From positions 128,588,001 to 128,652,000 of the forward strand of contig OZ024745.1 of NCBI GenBank assembly GCA_964016885.1: a stretch of DNA of 64,000 bases, in the 5' to 3' direction. The position numbers and the translations under genes are program-made. Within the stretch, counting starts at the first letter, position 1. The number at the start of each line of letters is the position of its first letter. This stretch comes from Eledone cirrhosa (Eukaryota). Of the stretch, positions 25,699 to 40,021 are shown piece after piece. The notes beneath the pieces were generated by a model. It saw only the letters and a program-made list of their open reading frames with translations, was not told where the DNA came from and ran no database searches.

Positions 25699-27191
25699 TT
25701 AAATATGACTTTTTATATATGATACGAAGTTGACAGGACTAACATAAGGTTGCCCTGCTAGTACCCGTTTCATATATGAAATATTTGGGACCCCAAAGAC
25801 TGAGGTCCTGCCATTTCAACAGCTAGACCCGAACGGAGTCCCAAATTTTTCATATTACCTACTCTACTAACACCAAGTATTGAGTACTCTGGTGAGTAAT
25901 GGTCTAACCGGTTTTTACTGCATCCATTCTGATATATATATATATTAGAATGTGGTATATATATATATAACTTTTCAATTGCAAGGCCAATGCTCTAACC
26001 ACTAAGCCATGTAATAGTAATAGGTATAGTACCAGGAAAAAACCGGAATGACTAGGAAAGAATCTAGGTACTTTCCAAAGGCCAATTCACATTGAATGTC
26101 TCCTGCCAACAAATGGGTACTTATTAATGTTAGAAATCGTTAGCACCATCACTATCTTCCATTATAAATATTGTTATTCCATTATTTATTATTGAAAATA
26201 TCCAGCAGAGGTTAGCTTCGCCTTTTATCCTTACGGGGTTGATAAAATAAAGTACCAGTAATGTACTGGGGTCGATCTAATCAACTTTACCCTTCCTCAA
26301 AATTGTTGGCCTTAGGCATTGCTGGGGGCCCAGAGCTATTTACCCCTTTGCCTACCTTCCACTAAATCTGGCCCTATCCCAGCTGACAAACCGAGGCCAC
26401 GCTGGGGCACTGCCATTGCTTAACAAGAATTTCTGAAATATAATTAATTACGATGGAAAGTTTTAATTAAGTATGATTACTTAAAACGAGCAATTGTTCA
26501 TTATAAAACCAAGATGGTTTCAAGCAGGGGTTAAACTAGATATGATATGCATCTTAAAGCAGTTTCAGAATTCAAATTCCGCCTGTGAGGATTTTGATAG
26601 AGGGGATGGTGAGGGGAGGGGCAGTAAAGAAAATATCAGTCATGTACTAGAACTCTGCCAGTGAGGTTTTTATTAGATGGAATGATGGAGGAGAGAGACA
26701 ATAAAGTCAATTATCAATCATGATACCAGTCATGTACTAGAGTACATCTAATCAACTGTCTGTCTCTTCCATCAGATGTGCCAGTGAAAAGATATCATGC
26801 CCTTGCGTGTCGTCTTAAAGTGGAAGAGCTGATTGACCAGAGTGACGTCATTGAAACATTACATCGGTAGCATGTCAATGAATCAAATAGCAGATATAAT
26901 GCAACTGTTGCCAAGTGTGCAGTTGTACTGCATCAGCAACTGACAGGATGATGCATGTATGTGAGAGAATAGAGGTGGGAGGTGAAGAGGCTGATAACAG
27001 ATAGAGATCGAGTGAGTGAGTGAGTGAGAGAGGGAGAGTGAGTGAGAGAAGGAGAGTGAGTGAGTGAGTGAGTGAGTGAGTGAGTGAGTGAGAGAGAGAG
27101 AGTGAGTGAGAAAGAAAAGCACAAAGAGAGAATATATTAAGATGAAGAGAAGTGAAACTGAAGGAGCAACATAGAGTGTATCCCTATGAGA

Positions 27192-27237
<46 letters not shown>

Positions 27238-27389
27238 TAGAGAAGAGATATTACCCTTATCAAAACACATTAAGAAAGATTAAAAAAGCTACACACACAC
27301 ACATATATATATATAAATAAAAATACATATATGTATAGATATATGTGAGTATATATATATATATATAGATAGATATATCATTCATTTCA

Positions 27390-27725
27390 TTCATTCATTT
27401 CATTTTACGTCCGCTTTTTCCTTGCTTGCAAGGGTGGGACGGGAACTGATTCTGGCTTGATTTCTACAGCTGGATGCCCTTCATAACACCAACCTCATTT
27501 ACAGTGAGTGCTGGGTGCTTTTTGCCGTGGCACCTCCACGACCACTTTGCAGTGGAATGATAGGGAACCCAGTCCCTATCATTTCATTTCTACAGCTGAG
27601 TAAACTGGAGCAATGTGAAATAAAGTGTCTTGCTCAAGGAAACAACACATCATCTGGTCTGAGAATTGAACTCACAACCTTTCGATTGCAAGGCCAATGC
27701 TCTAACCACTAAGCTATGTGCTTCA
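27390..27725 (-). mobile_element. Full-length SINE family B (tRNA head, CORE-like domain, RTE-derived tail)
   Basis: gcttagtggttagagc (A-box), gagttcaattc (B-box), ccttgagcaagacactttatttcacattgctccagtttactcagctgtagaaatg (CORE-like), then a tail matching the LINE 3' UTR. Confidence 0.85.
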
Positions 27726-27734
27726 ACATATGTG

Positions 27735-28435
<701 letters not shown>

Positions 28436-28620
28436 AAAAGCATGTATTGAGTTAGAAACTCAAAATAGTCTCATTACAGTAAATTAGCTCTAGGAAAAAG
28501 ATTTTTCCGAGCTGTATATAACTGAACAAAAAGGAAAAACGAACAGACATATATATATATATGTGTTCAAATCGTAATGGACCAAAATCGCTATATACAA
28601 TATAATATAGATAGATGTGA

Positions 28621-28667
<47 letters not shown>

Positions 28668-28851
28668 TATATATAAAATATAATATAGATAGATAGATAT
28701 ATGTGAGTGTATATATATATATTAAGGGGTTTATTGATTATACAAAGTTACAACTGTTGAAACCTTGCTTTGTTTTTAATATATATACTCTGCCATAGCA
28801 TAGAGTGATGATTTCGGTAGGTCCCTCAGTAAATCATGAATCTACTAAACC

Positions 28852-29040
28852 ATGCGGTGAATTGGCAGTATCGGTAAGGGTCGGACGCCATGCTTTGAAG
28901 CATAGAGTTACCTCCCTTTATGATCTGAGTTCAAATACCGCCGAGGTTAACTTTGCCTTTCATCCTTACGGGGTCAATAAAATAAAGTACCAGTAATACG
29001 CTGGGTAATTGCTGGCCTTGTGCCAAAAGTAGAAACAATA
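28852..29040 (+). mobile_element. SINE family A
   Basis: gcggtgaattggcagtatcggta...gagttcaaatacc...ctttcatccttacggggtc...ctggccttgtgccaaaagtagaaacaat. Confidence 0.85.
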
Positions 29041-29428
29041 TTATAATATATGTGTGTGTGTGTGTCTACACATGTACACAGGATCTAACAATAAAAGCCC
29101 CACCCTAAACAATTTATATAACATCACAAAACCTTAGACAGGGAAGGGTTTACAAATTTTTATAAATAAGCAGAATAGGGGAAAATATATATATATATAT
29201 ATATATACATGTGTGTGTGTTTGTGTGTAAGCAATGGACTCCCACATGTAAATATATTTATGTATGTGTTTGATGAAGGCATTAAGGATTCAATACAAAT
29301 AATAAGTGGTATATAAATAGGGAGTTGATTAAATAACTACCAGTCATAAACTCTGGTTAATTCAATCATGTGTAGTTTTCCAAACATAGTTTGTGCCTAT
29401 CTTAGAAATTATAATTATTATTATTATT

Positions 29429-29650
29429 AGGGCAGTGAATTGGCAGTATCGGTAGAGTGTCGGACAACGTGCTTTGCAACACAGAGTTATGGCCCTTTGC
29501 AGCCTGAGTTCAAATCCTACTGAGGTCAGCTTTGCTTTTCATCTTTACGAGGTCAATAAAACAAAACACCAGTAATGTACTGGAGGTCGATTTAATCAAA
29601 CTTTTCCTCCCCACTTCAAATCTATGCCTATGCTATAAATTATTATTATT
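29429..29650 (+). mobile_element. SINE family A
   Basis: Same head, B-box and central domain as the other copies. Confidence 0.8.
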
Positions 29651-30380
29651 GCAACTTTTGATAGATTTTACAATTTACTCCCACCAAGTATTTCTGTGGT
29701 TATTTATGACATATAAAGTCATAAACAGAATTATAAAATCTTAATAGTAGAATTACTAGACAAATGTCCATTTTCCCTGCTAGTAAGAGTTGAAAAATAT
29801 ACACCCTATTAATCCTTTTTCTCTGTAATGCTCCCCTAATATCAATTGAGACTAATAACATGCCTAACAGTTCTGCTAATAGACTTAATTCTAGAGAACA
29901 TGGTCAAATGTTGAAAAATTCTTGTCCACAATTGGTAATATTTTATCTATTTGCTCATGGATGAAAAACGAGGTCACCACCATCCCTCATAATTTTACTG
30001 GATTTCATTTTAGGGTATATAGAGGAACCCAAGTAAAATACTGCCAGATAGTGTAGTAGTCTAACAACCACAATTCCATCATTACCTTCTGCAATATTGA
30101 TTACTTCAGCTGGGTTTAAGATTAGTGAGGAGTAGTTAAGGCGAGCAGGTTAATCATCAATCTACCCCCCCCCCCCGTTAGTACTAATTACCTAGTTTAT
30201 ATATTTACATCTAGTCTTATTAATTGTTTCTCTGCGTGTGAGAGAGAGAGTGTGGGTGTGGGTGTGTTTGTGTGAATGAGTGTTGCCTTCTACTTTTTGA
30301 AAACCATGATATATCAATAGTTCTTTGAAGGGTGATAACAGATTACACACACTATATATACACTACACACCACACATTAA

Positions 30381-30587
30381 CCCTTTAGCACTTAAGCTGG
30401 CCATATCTGGCTGGAATTCTCTCACCTCTTTCTGTTCAAACTGGTCATATCCGGCCACTCAAACTGATGTTAAGGTTTTTGTTCTCAAAATAAATAGCAT
30501 AAACATCTCATAGATTCCATATTATATAAGATGAAGCCTTTACCACAAAAATACAATAGTATATATAGAGTAATGTAAATGTTAAAT
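30381..30587 (-). mobile_element. piggyBac-type MITE family 1
   Basis: TTAA|CCCTTTAGCAC start; internal sequence matches; other end eroded. Confidence 0.75.
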
Positions 30588-31784
30588 AATTAAAGAACCT
30601 AATTCCTGCAATTCAGTGGTTCAATATGCTAATATCTCTACCTTACGGATCTTTGAATAAAAACAAGGGTTGATGTCCAGTTGTTGAGTATTGCTTCAAA
30701 TATGCTTCATCCAGCCCATTCCAGCAGAGAAACGCAGACATTAAAACAATCATTACAAGGTACTACCCAAAAGCAACCCTCTCTCGCCCTCTATCTATCT
30801 AACTCTCTATCTCTATATTCTCATCTATCTGCCTGTTTATCTATCTATCTATCCCCCCCACCCCCCACCCCCCTCTAACCACTGGTTTGTCTATCAATCT
30901 ATTTAGCTAATTATTCATCCATCCATTCCAGCTATTATTTGTCAATGAAACAGCTGAAATGGATCAATCAATCCATCCATCCATTTATTTTTATCTATAT
31001 CTAAATAGACCAAATAAAAGATCCCAGCAAAAGTATCTACAAATGAAATGTAACCAAATGTAATTCAATTCATTCTAAACAATATAACAATTGAAAACAA
31101 ATGGTTTTCACCTCTAATCTGTCACTCTAGATAATAATCTTTGCAGTTAATAAGATTAGTAAAGATTTAAGCTACAAATCAAGAGCAGCAACTACTGGTT
31201 CACAGAATTATTGTTTGTTTTTATCATTAAATATCTGTATAAGAGGTGGAATATTTCAAAACATAACAAAAGCTATTTAGCACCATTTGTTTGCCTTGTT
31301 TTTAATATTAAATGATTCCAGAATTATCAAACCCATATTTTCACCATACTAATGATTATATATATTTATTCTTTGGTGTCACATACATGTATAAAGATAC
31401 AATAACGGTCTCCAATTTATACACGGGGGCCAGCAATTTTAGTGGGATGAGAAAATCAATAATACCTCCAGCCCCAATACTTGATTGGTACTTTATTTTA
31501 TTGATGCCCTGGGGTTTGAATTCAAATGTAGAGAGAACATAAAACATCTCAGTTGACAAATGGTGTCTCGAGTAACGAACACACAAGCTGGCAACAACAG
31601 TTGGCAACAAGCTGGGGGTACTGGCAGGAAAGCATCACTTACAGTGTAGTTAATATCTAAGATGATATCTGTTTCTCTCTCTCAACATTTTGTATGTGAA
31701 AAATGACGAATGACGAATGACATTCAGGAATGAATTAAGTTCATGAACTGAGGTTCCACTGTAGCACAAATCAATCAAAATTAA

Positions 31785-32010
31785 CCCTTCCGATACCAAC
31801 CTACCCACAGAACTGACTGCTTCCATGAAACAAAACCACCTTTTCTAAAGATTCCTTAACTTCCCAACATTCTTTTATATATGAGCATTTTATCATGTTA
31901 TAAATACTATCTTGAAGAAATTATTATTTTAGTAAATCTTGCCCCAATTTTTTTTTTTACTAATTAACAAAAATACAAATTATTTCATAACAATTATGTC
32001 AATGAAAGGG
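31785..32010 (+). mobile_element. piggyBac-type MITE family 2
   Basis: TTAA|CCCTTCC...GAAAGGG|TTAA. Confidence 0.7.
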
Positions 32011-32022
32011 TTAAACCCACAC

Positions 32023-32053
<31 letters not shown>

Positions 32054-33090
32054 TATGTATAGAATGGACAATTTGCTTTTACTAATTTTTGCCCCTTACA
32101 ATGGTGTTATTTGTAATGTATGCTTCCCCTATCTATAAAACAGGGCTAAGTTTCTAGTGTGAGATTGAAGAAAGACAGTAAGGAATAAAGTGTAACATGA
32201 TATATATTTATATATATTTATTTATATCCATTTGAAAAAAAAAACAAGACAGGTAATGGCAAAACAAAAGCTTGAACTCATGAACAGGTGCTTTCAGATT
32301 TAATAGATCTTCACCTCCTGGACAAAGTTTCACACAAACATACACACACAGACATATGTATATATATATATATAAACTTAGGAAATCAACAAAGAGAGGA
32401 GAAGACAACAAGGCAAAAAGAAAAACAATTTTATTTTAAGGGGAAACCTTAAAAAATTATTACTTTTTTTAAATAAAAATATAAATGAAAGTCCAGGTTC
32501 AACGGCCCGTTAAGAGAGACCTACACACATGATTCAGAGATAAGAAAGAAAAACAACCTCCTTTAATTTATATTTGATGTACTTTCTTAATATAAGTATT
32601 TTCTCATTAAATTTGGGAAAAATACATGCACACACACACAAAGAAACAAACAAGCATATGCATCATCACTGCTTAACATCTCTGTGTGTGCTAGTGTGGA
32701 AAAATGGACATCAAACTGATTATTTATATATATATATGTGAGTGTGTGTGTGTGTACATTTTGAAAGCATATGAACTAGTGTGTAAGTTGCTACAATCCA
32801 GATATGACTAACAAATAGTTAAAAAAGTTGGGTTGGGTATGTAAGTGCCTGTAGACAGAAAAAAATTGTTTGTGGGAATCATTCACATCTGCTGTATGCC
32901 AGTAAATGGTCAGTTTCACTTTGTTGTAATAGTAACACAACCATCTAGTAGATGGGAGATGTACATTTGGCCCCCACAGGCGACTATGTTCACTTTTTTC
33001 CATCTCTACTTGTTTGACTGTTTAGTAGACAAGCCTGTGTTGTAGTAGTTTATGATATGATGACATACTTTCAAAATTGCACATTTACAA

Positions 33091-33315
33091 CCCCTTAGCA
33101 TTACTCTATATTTATTATTATATTTTCATGGTAAAGGCTTTATCTCACATAATTACCTCACATAATATTGAATCTATGAGATTTTGATATTACTTATTTT
33201 CAGAACAATACCATAACATCAATATGAGTGGTCAGTTACGACTGGTTCCAGCCAATTTGAACAGAAAGAGTTGAGAGAATTCTGGCCAGATATGGCCGGT
33301 TTCAATGCTAAAGGG
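33091..33315 (+). mobile_element. piggyBac-type MITE family 1
   Basis: Internal sequence matches the family; ends AATGCTAAAGGG|TTAA. Confidence 0.8.
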
Positions 33316-33532
33316 TTAATAATTCATAAAACGATTGTTTAATTGTTTACACACACACAAACACAAATAGAGATACATGCACACACACATATATGTGGAA
33401 GCTAGGGGTATATGTAACCTTGACAACTGCCAACAAGCAAAGACAACGCGTCAGTTACTACTTTCTTTCCTCTTACCAATATAAAGTGTGAAACTAGTAA
33501 TACTTAAACTATATCTATATATATATATATAT

Positions 33533-34265
33533 ATATTTATTAAAATAATAGATTAAAGTTTAAGCAAAGAATCGCTGCTTTCACCCTTAACGCGATCTTC
33601 TGAAACTAACAAAGTCAATCTGTAAACGCGGAAGTGAATATTTAAAAAAACGTTGCAACCGGAGGAAGACAGGAAGACGATACTTTGGTTTGTGGTAACG
33701 TTCGCTGGCAAAGAACGGGAAAAAACGAATATAATATTAATAGGAGCGGTGAAAAACAATTACGCGCAAAGACAGAACCACGTTTATGGTATAAAAGAGG
33801 TCGTAGACTAATGTTCTCTTAGGTGGTTCATAGAGACGTTCTCTGGCGATGAACGAAAAAAACGAAGATAATACGTCATATGTGGAGCGGGGAGAACATT
33901 AGTCTACGACTTTTTTTATACCATAAACTTGGTTCTGTCTTTGCGCGTAATTGTTTTTCACCGCTCCTATTAATGACGTATTATATTCGTTTTTTCCCGT
34001 TCTTTGCCAGGGAACGTTTCCACGAACCAAAGTATCGTCTTCCTGTCTTCCTCCGGTTGCAACGTTTTTTGAAATATCCACTTCTGCGTTTACAGATTGA
34101 CTTTGTTAGTTTCAGAAGATCCCGTTAAGGGTTAAAGCAGCGATTCTTTGCTTAAACTTAATCTGTTATTTTAATAAATATTTGCTCTACGGTTCTTATA
34201 TATTTGATATATATTTATCCTTATCGAGCCCTCTTTGGATTTTAGTCTTCAAATTTATTATTATT
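33533..34265. mobile_element. Foldback element: ~290-bp inverted arms (33533-33818 and 33892-34181) plus a one-sided tail; probably Penelope-like
   Basis: The arms are reverse complements with about 12 substitutions and 2 indels counted by eye. Deleted relatives lie at 3001-3170 and 52495-52580. The inverted repeat is certain; the class is inferred. Confidence 0.75.
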
Positions 34266-34584
34266 ACTATATATATATATATATATATACACCCAGGGAG
34301 TGTAACTTGAAGTTACTGTAGGTTCACCCAGGTGAGCACTCGATATTTGGGCTTGCAATCAAAAGGTTGTGAGTTCAATTCTCGGACCGAGTGATGTGTT
34401 GTTACCTTGAGCAAGAGACTTTATTTTGCGTTGCTCTAGTTTACTCAGCTGTAGAAATGAGATGATAGATGAGTCCCTATCATTAAATTACCCAAGACAC
34501 TCCAATGAGATATATCTTGGAGGAGGCCAGCTAAACCTGCATAGGTGTGAGCTGTCACACACACACACTTCTATATATATATAA

Positions 34585-34625
<41 letters not shown>

Positions 34626-34881
34626 CACGTGTGTGTGTGTATGAGTGGCTGGAACTTCATTAAACTAAACTACAAATAGCTGGTTTGTTCTATTTTCTGT
34701 TGTGTCTTATTTCTTCTTCATTTTTCCACAATCAACATAATAGTGACTTCTTTTGATTCAGGCACAAGCACTATCTTATTCACAGTGAGAAAATAGCCAA
34801 TCCTTTCTTTAGATATGTCATATATACATGCATTAATTTATCTTCTACATTCACACCATACACACATACATGTGTGTGCGC

Positions 34882-34965
<84 letters not shown>

Positions 34966-35154
34966 CGGGAGAGAGAGAGAGAGCCTGCGTGAAACCGAGG
35001 AGTCCACTAATCGTGGGAGCACTCAACACTTAGCGCTGCGGTCAGAATTTTACACATCTCTCTCTCTCTCTCTCTCATATGTATGTATATATATATATGT
35101 GTGTATATATATATATAATCATCGTTTAACATCTATCTTCCACACTAGCATTGG

Positions 35155-35193
<39 letters not shown>

Positions 35194-35224
35194 GTCTAAC
35201 CCATGTGTGTATATATATATATAT

Positions 35225-35585
35225 ATCATCATCATTTTACGTCCACTTTTCCCTGCTTGCAAGGGTGGGGAACTGATTCTGGCTTGATTTCTACAGCTGG
35301 ATGCCCTTCCCAACACCAACCTCATTTACAGTGAGTGCTGGGTGCTTTATTGCCGTGGCGCCTACACGTCCACTTTACAGTGTGGGCTGGGTGCTTTTTT
35401 ACCATGGCACCTCCACGACCACTTTGCAGTGGAATGATAGGGACCCCAGTCCCTATCATCTCAGTAAACTGGAGCAATGTGAAATAAAGTGTCTTGCTCA
35501 AGGAAACAACACATCACCCGGTCTGAGAATTGAACTCACAACCTTTCGATTGCAAGCCCAATGCTCTAACCACTAAGCCATGTGC
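35225..35585 (-). mobile_element. Full-length SINE family B
   Basis: As 27390-27725, with a longer LINE-derived tail. Confidence 0.85.
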
Positions 35586-36314
35586 TGTGCCTTCATATAT
35601 ATATTTACACATATATAAATTATTAAGAGCCAGGGCCTGACAAAGAGTACAATACTCCGCCTCTGGGCAGGACAGCAAACTACCACAGGGTTAAACCCCA
35701 CCTATTACTTGAAATCATTTTCAGCACAGTATACTGGAGCAACGTGAAGTGAAGTGTTTTGCTCAAGAACAACACACAACCCAGCCCTGAAATCGAACCC
35801 AAGGCATTATGGTTGTAAGTCCAATACCCTTACCAGTAGGCCACACCTGTCCCGTTTAAAAATACAATGTACTGACCAATCCAAGAATCAAACTCATAAC
35901 CTTACTATCAGGAACTGAACACCCTAACCACCAAGCCACATGCCTTCATGTGTGTGTGTGAGCTTACATTAACTGTTTATGTCCCATAAACTAGCAATTC
36001 ATCATAGAGAGACAAATAATAAAAGGTACAGAGGTCTACATCATATAGTAAATCCCTTCAAGGGAGTGACCCCAGTATGGCCACAGTCTAAAGAATAAAA
36101 CTGTAAAAGAAAATAAGAAGTGTGTATGTATATATATATACAAATATATATATAGACATACACAAACATGTGTGTGTATATATATATACAAAGAAAGTGT
36201 GGTAGGAAACCAGGTGAACCATAACACACGAGAGTACTCAATACTTAGGGTAGTAGATCCAGAGCTAGCTGTTGAAACTGCCGGGGCTCAGCCGTTGAGG
36301 TCCTGACTCTTTTC

Positions 36315-36363
<49 letters not shown>

Positions 36364-36464
36364 AACACACGTATATATAGATACACACACACACGTATAT
36401 ATAGATACACACACACACACACATATAGATACACATACACACACACACACATATAGATACACAT

Positions 36465-36506
<42 letters not shown>

Positions 36507-38111
36507 GTTTATCCCGAGTTCAATCGGGGGTAACCACAGTAAGTAAGGTACTCAATACACAGCAGAGTATATACAATATTTAATATAGAAAAGCTTCTAC
36601 AGGACTAGAACTGTTATCAAAGTTGCACTTCCACGAAGGTGGGCCCTAGCCTCACACAATGATACCCGAAATAAATTCCTTGTTTAAGATTATGAAGGAC
36701 TGCAATGAAACAGCATAGACAATGTGTGAACCTCATACAGAAGACAGTGAGGAGACATACCCAGGAAAAATAGAGAGTGAGAAAAGTAGAGAGTGGGAGG
36801 GGGGACGAGGGGAAGAGGAAGGGTAGGAGGGAGAGAGGGAGGAAGAGGAGGAGATCCAAGTGATTGACCCTATTAGAATGAAGAAAAGAGTATGGTACTC
36901 CTGTGTGAGTATTTATATTTAATGTGTGTGTGTGTGTGTGTGTGTTGTAGAGTGTAAAAGTATGGTACACAGTGTGAGTACTTATTTTTAATATATGTGC
37001 ATGCGTGTGTGTATGTGTACTGTAGAATGTATGTGTATACATGTGAGTTGTAGAGTGTGGTAATGTGTGTGTATGTGTTGTAGAGTGTATGTTATTTATA
37101 TGAATATGAATGTGTATGGTGTTATGTGTAAAAAGTGTGCGAGTGAGTGTGTGTGTGTGTGTGCAAGTACAGTAACTGAATGACTGTGTGAGTGTATGTG
37201 TGTGTGTGAGAGAGTGCATGTGTGAGAGTGTATATGTGAGTGTGTGTGTGCACCAGTGTGTGTGTGTGCGCAAGTACAGTAACTGAATGACTTTGTGAGT
37301 GTATGTGTGCGTGACCGTGTGTGTATGTGTATGTGCATGCATGTGTGTGACTGTGTGTGTGTATGTGTGTATGTGCATGTGTGCATGTGTGTGTGTGCAT
37401 GTGTGTGTGCATGAGTGTGTGTGTGACTGTCTGAGTATGTGTGTATGTGCATGTGTGTGACTATGTACATACGTAAGTGTGCATGTTCATTTTGTGAACA
37501 TGCATGTGCATGTGTGCTGAGTCATCAGTAATGCCTAAGCAGGTCACAACAAAACAGCTGATTTGCATGCAAAGTGCATTAATGTGGCGGAGTGGTGCAT
37601 GCACTGTAAGTGGATGGCAGTTGGCTGACAGTGTACAGGAAATAATGTGCTAGGTGCACATAAGTGCAGCAGGCAAATGTGGGACACTGCAGTTGACTTG
37701 TGTTGGCTGGGTTAATATGGTGATATATGTGTGTGTGTGTATGTATGTGTAATTGTCTATGAATATGTGTATATGTGTGTGTATGTACGTGTGTATGTAT
37801 GTGTGTATATGTATGTGTGTGTGTATGTGTTTGGTGGGCGAATGTGGTGATATATGTATATGTGTGTGTGTGTGTGTGACACACACACACATATATATGT
37901 GCTCATGTTTGTACACACGCATATATATATATTGAATGTGTGTGTGTGTATGAGAGAGTGTAAGTGGGTGTGTGTATGTGTGTATGTATGACTGTTATTG
38001 CAATCAACAGGCTGATGCTTATGGAAGAGAGAAGTGAGAGGGCAGAAAAATAAGAGATTAGATTGAGAAAAAAGATAAAACAGTAGCGAGAGAGGGGGGG
38101 GGTAGACAGAC

Positions 38112-38150
<39 letters not shown>

Positions 38151-38818
38151 ATGAGGGGAGAATGAAATGTGTGAGTGAGAAAAATGAAATGATAGTGAGA
38201 AAGGCTGAGCATGAGAGAGAGATAGAGGGAGAAATAGAGAGACAGACATCGCAATCTCCACCCTACTCCCCATTAAAGTAAATGTTTAACAGTCCATTGA
38301 GTGGTATCCAAATATAAAGAGATAGGATGAGTTGGGTGGAAGAAACGGTGTAGCGGGGTGTGAGTCAGTGAAGATATTCAAAATTCATAACATCTCTCAT
38401 TCAGTCTAATCCCATGTCCAGAATTATCACCACCACCACCAATGTATATCTATTGTCTTTAGTGTTCAATAGAGAGGAGAAAGAGCATATTGCTGCATGT
38501 GACTAGGGACTTGCACTTGGGAAGTTTCACTCAAAACCACAGGACTGGGCGAGATTTTTCATGGAAGACCAGCAGCCATTCATTCTCATACATGGCATGC
38601 AAGTATCCCCTCTGCACACCAGTGATATTGTCCAAAGGAAAGGCAAGAGCCAATACAACTTGACACCAATGTTGTTACAGGTATTGATGTCAAAATGAAA
38701 ATGGCTGAAAAAGATACAGCAAGGACTCTTGTCCAATGCTCTAAAATTGCACACTGAACTGATATTTATTCATTGACCCCGAAAGGACGAAATGCAAAGT
38801 TGGCTTCAGCAAGATCAA

Positions 38819-38998
38819 CCCTTTACTCTATATTTATTATTACATTCTCATGGTAAACACATTATCTCAAATAATATTGATATTATTTATTTTTAGAAGA
38901 ATAACTTAACATAAGTATGAGCAGCCAGTTATGGCCTGTTTGAACAGAAATAGGTGAGAGAATTCTGGCCAGATATGATCAGTTTAAATTCTAAAGGG
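38819..38998 (+). mobile_element. piggyBac-type MITE family 1
   Basis: Internal match; ends TAAAGGG|TTAA. Confidence 0.75.
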
Positions 38999-39428
38999 TT
39001 AATTTCAAGAGTCCAGTGAGCCAGAACAAATGATGCTCTAATGACAGTCAATTCACTGCCAATACCTAAACTAATATTTTATTTTTTTTGGTTAAACCCC
39101 CCCCCCCCAAAAAAAAAAGCAGCATTAGAAAGAACTATAAATGCCATAAATGAGATGAAAATGAGGGGAAGAGCAAGGGTGGTGGAAGGGGAGAGGGTGT
39201 CAGACTTAAATTATCTAAACTAAATATGACCCGAGTCAAATGAAACGCATAAAGAAAGTGTGTTGAGTTCCAACCATTTACAGTTACATTAGTGAGAGTG
39301 GAATACCGGGAACTGATAGTCCAATACTATACATGACCACTACAGAATTATATGTAGGCCTGGGAAGGTGATACAAGCAAGTGAATCCAAAGACCAGGTT
39401 TTCAGACATTTGATGGTGCTATTTAATA

Positions 39429-39835
39429 ATGGTTTCTGATTTAGGCACAAGTCCAGCAATTAGGGGGATTATATCAACTCCAGTGCTTGCGTTACTGGTA
39501 CTTTATTTTGTCGACCCCGTAAGGATGAAAGGCAAAGTTAACCGTGGCGGGATTTGAATTCAGACCGTAAAAGGCCGTAACTCTATGCTGCAAAACATAG
39601 CATCCGGCCCTCTACCGATACTGCCAATCCACCGCTGTGCTACTTAATAATTGTTTCTACTTTTGGCACAAGGCCAAGAATTATCCCAGTGCATTACTGG
39701 TACTTTATTTTGTCGACCCCGTAAGGATGAAAGGCAAAGTTAACCTCGGCGGGATTTGAACTAAGAATGGCAAGGGCCGTAACTCTATGCTGCAAAGCAT
39801 GGTGTCCGACTCTCTACCGATACTGCCAGTCCACA
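39429..39835 (-). mobile_element. Tandem pair of SINE family A
   Basis: Two consecutive copies of ggtactttattttgtcgaccccgtaaggatgaaaggcaaagttaacc...gggatttgaa...ctaccgatactgcca. Confidence 0.85.
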
Positions 39836-39961
39836 GTAGTTCCTTAGAAGATCAAAAAGCCAGAACAAACTTTGCATATAGTTTATGAAATCTTTAAAAA
39901 GTCCTATGAGAGTAATGTTTATTGCTAGTTTGTATATGAAGGGGTTAGCTATTGCTTAAAA

Positions 39962-40021
<60 letters not shown>

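Noticed and set aside
27640-27725. tRNA-like A/B boxes here and in other SINE heads
   Set aside because: No complete cloverleaf was evident, and they are always attached to SINE bodies, so they were not called tRNA genes.
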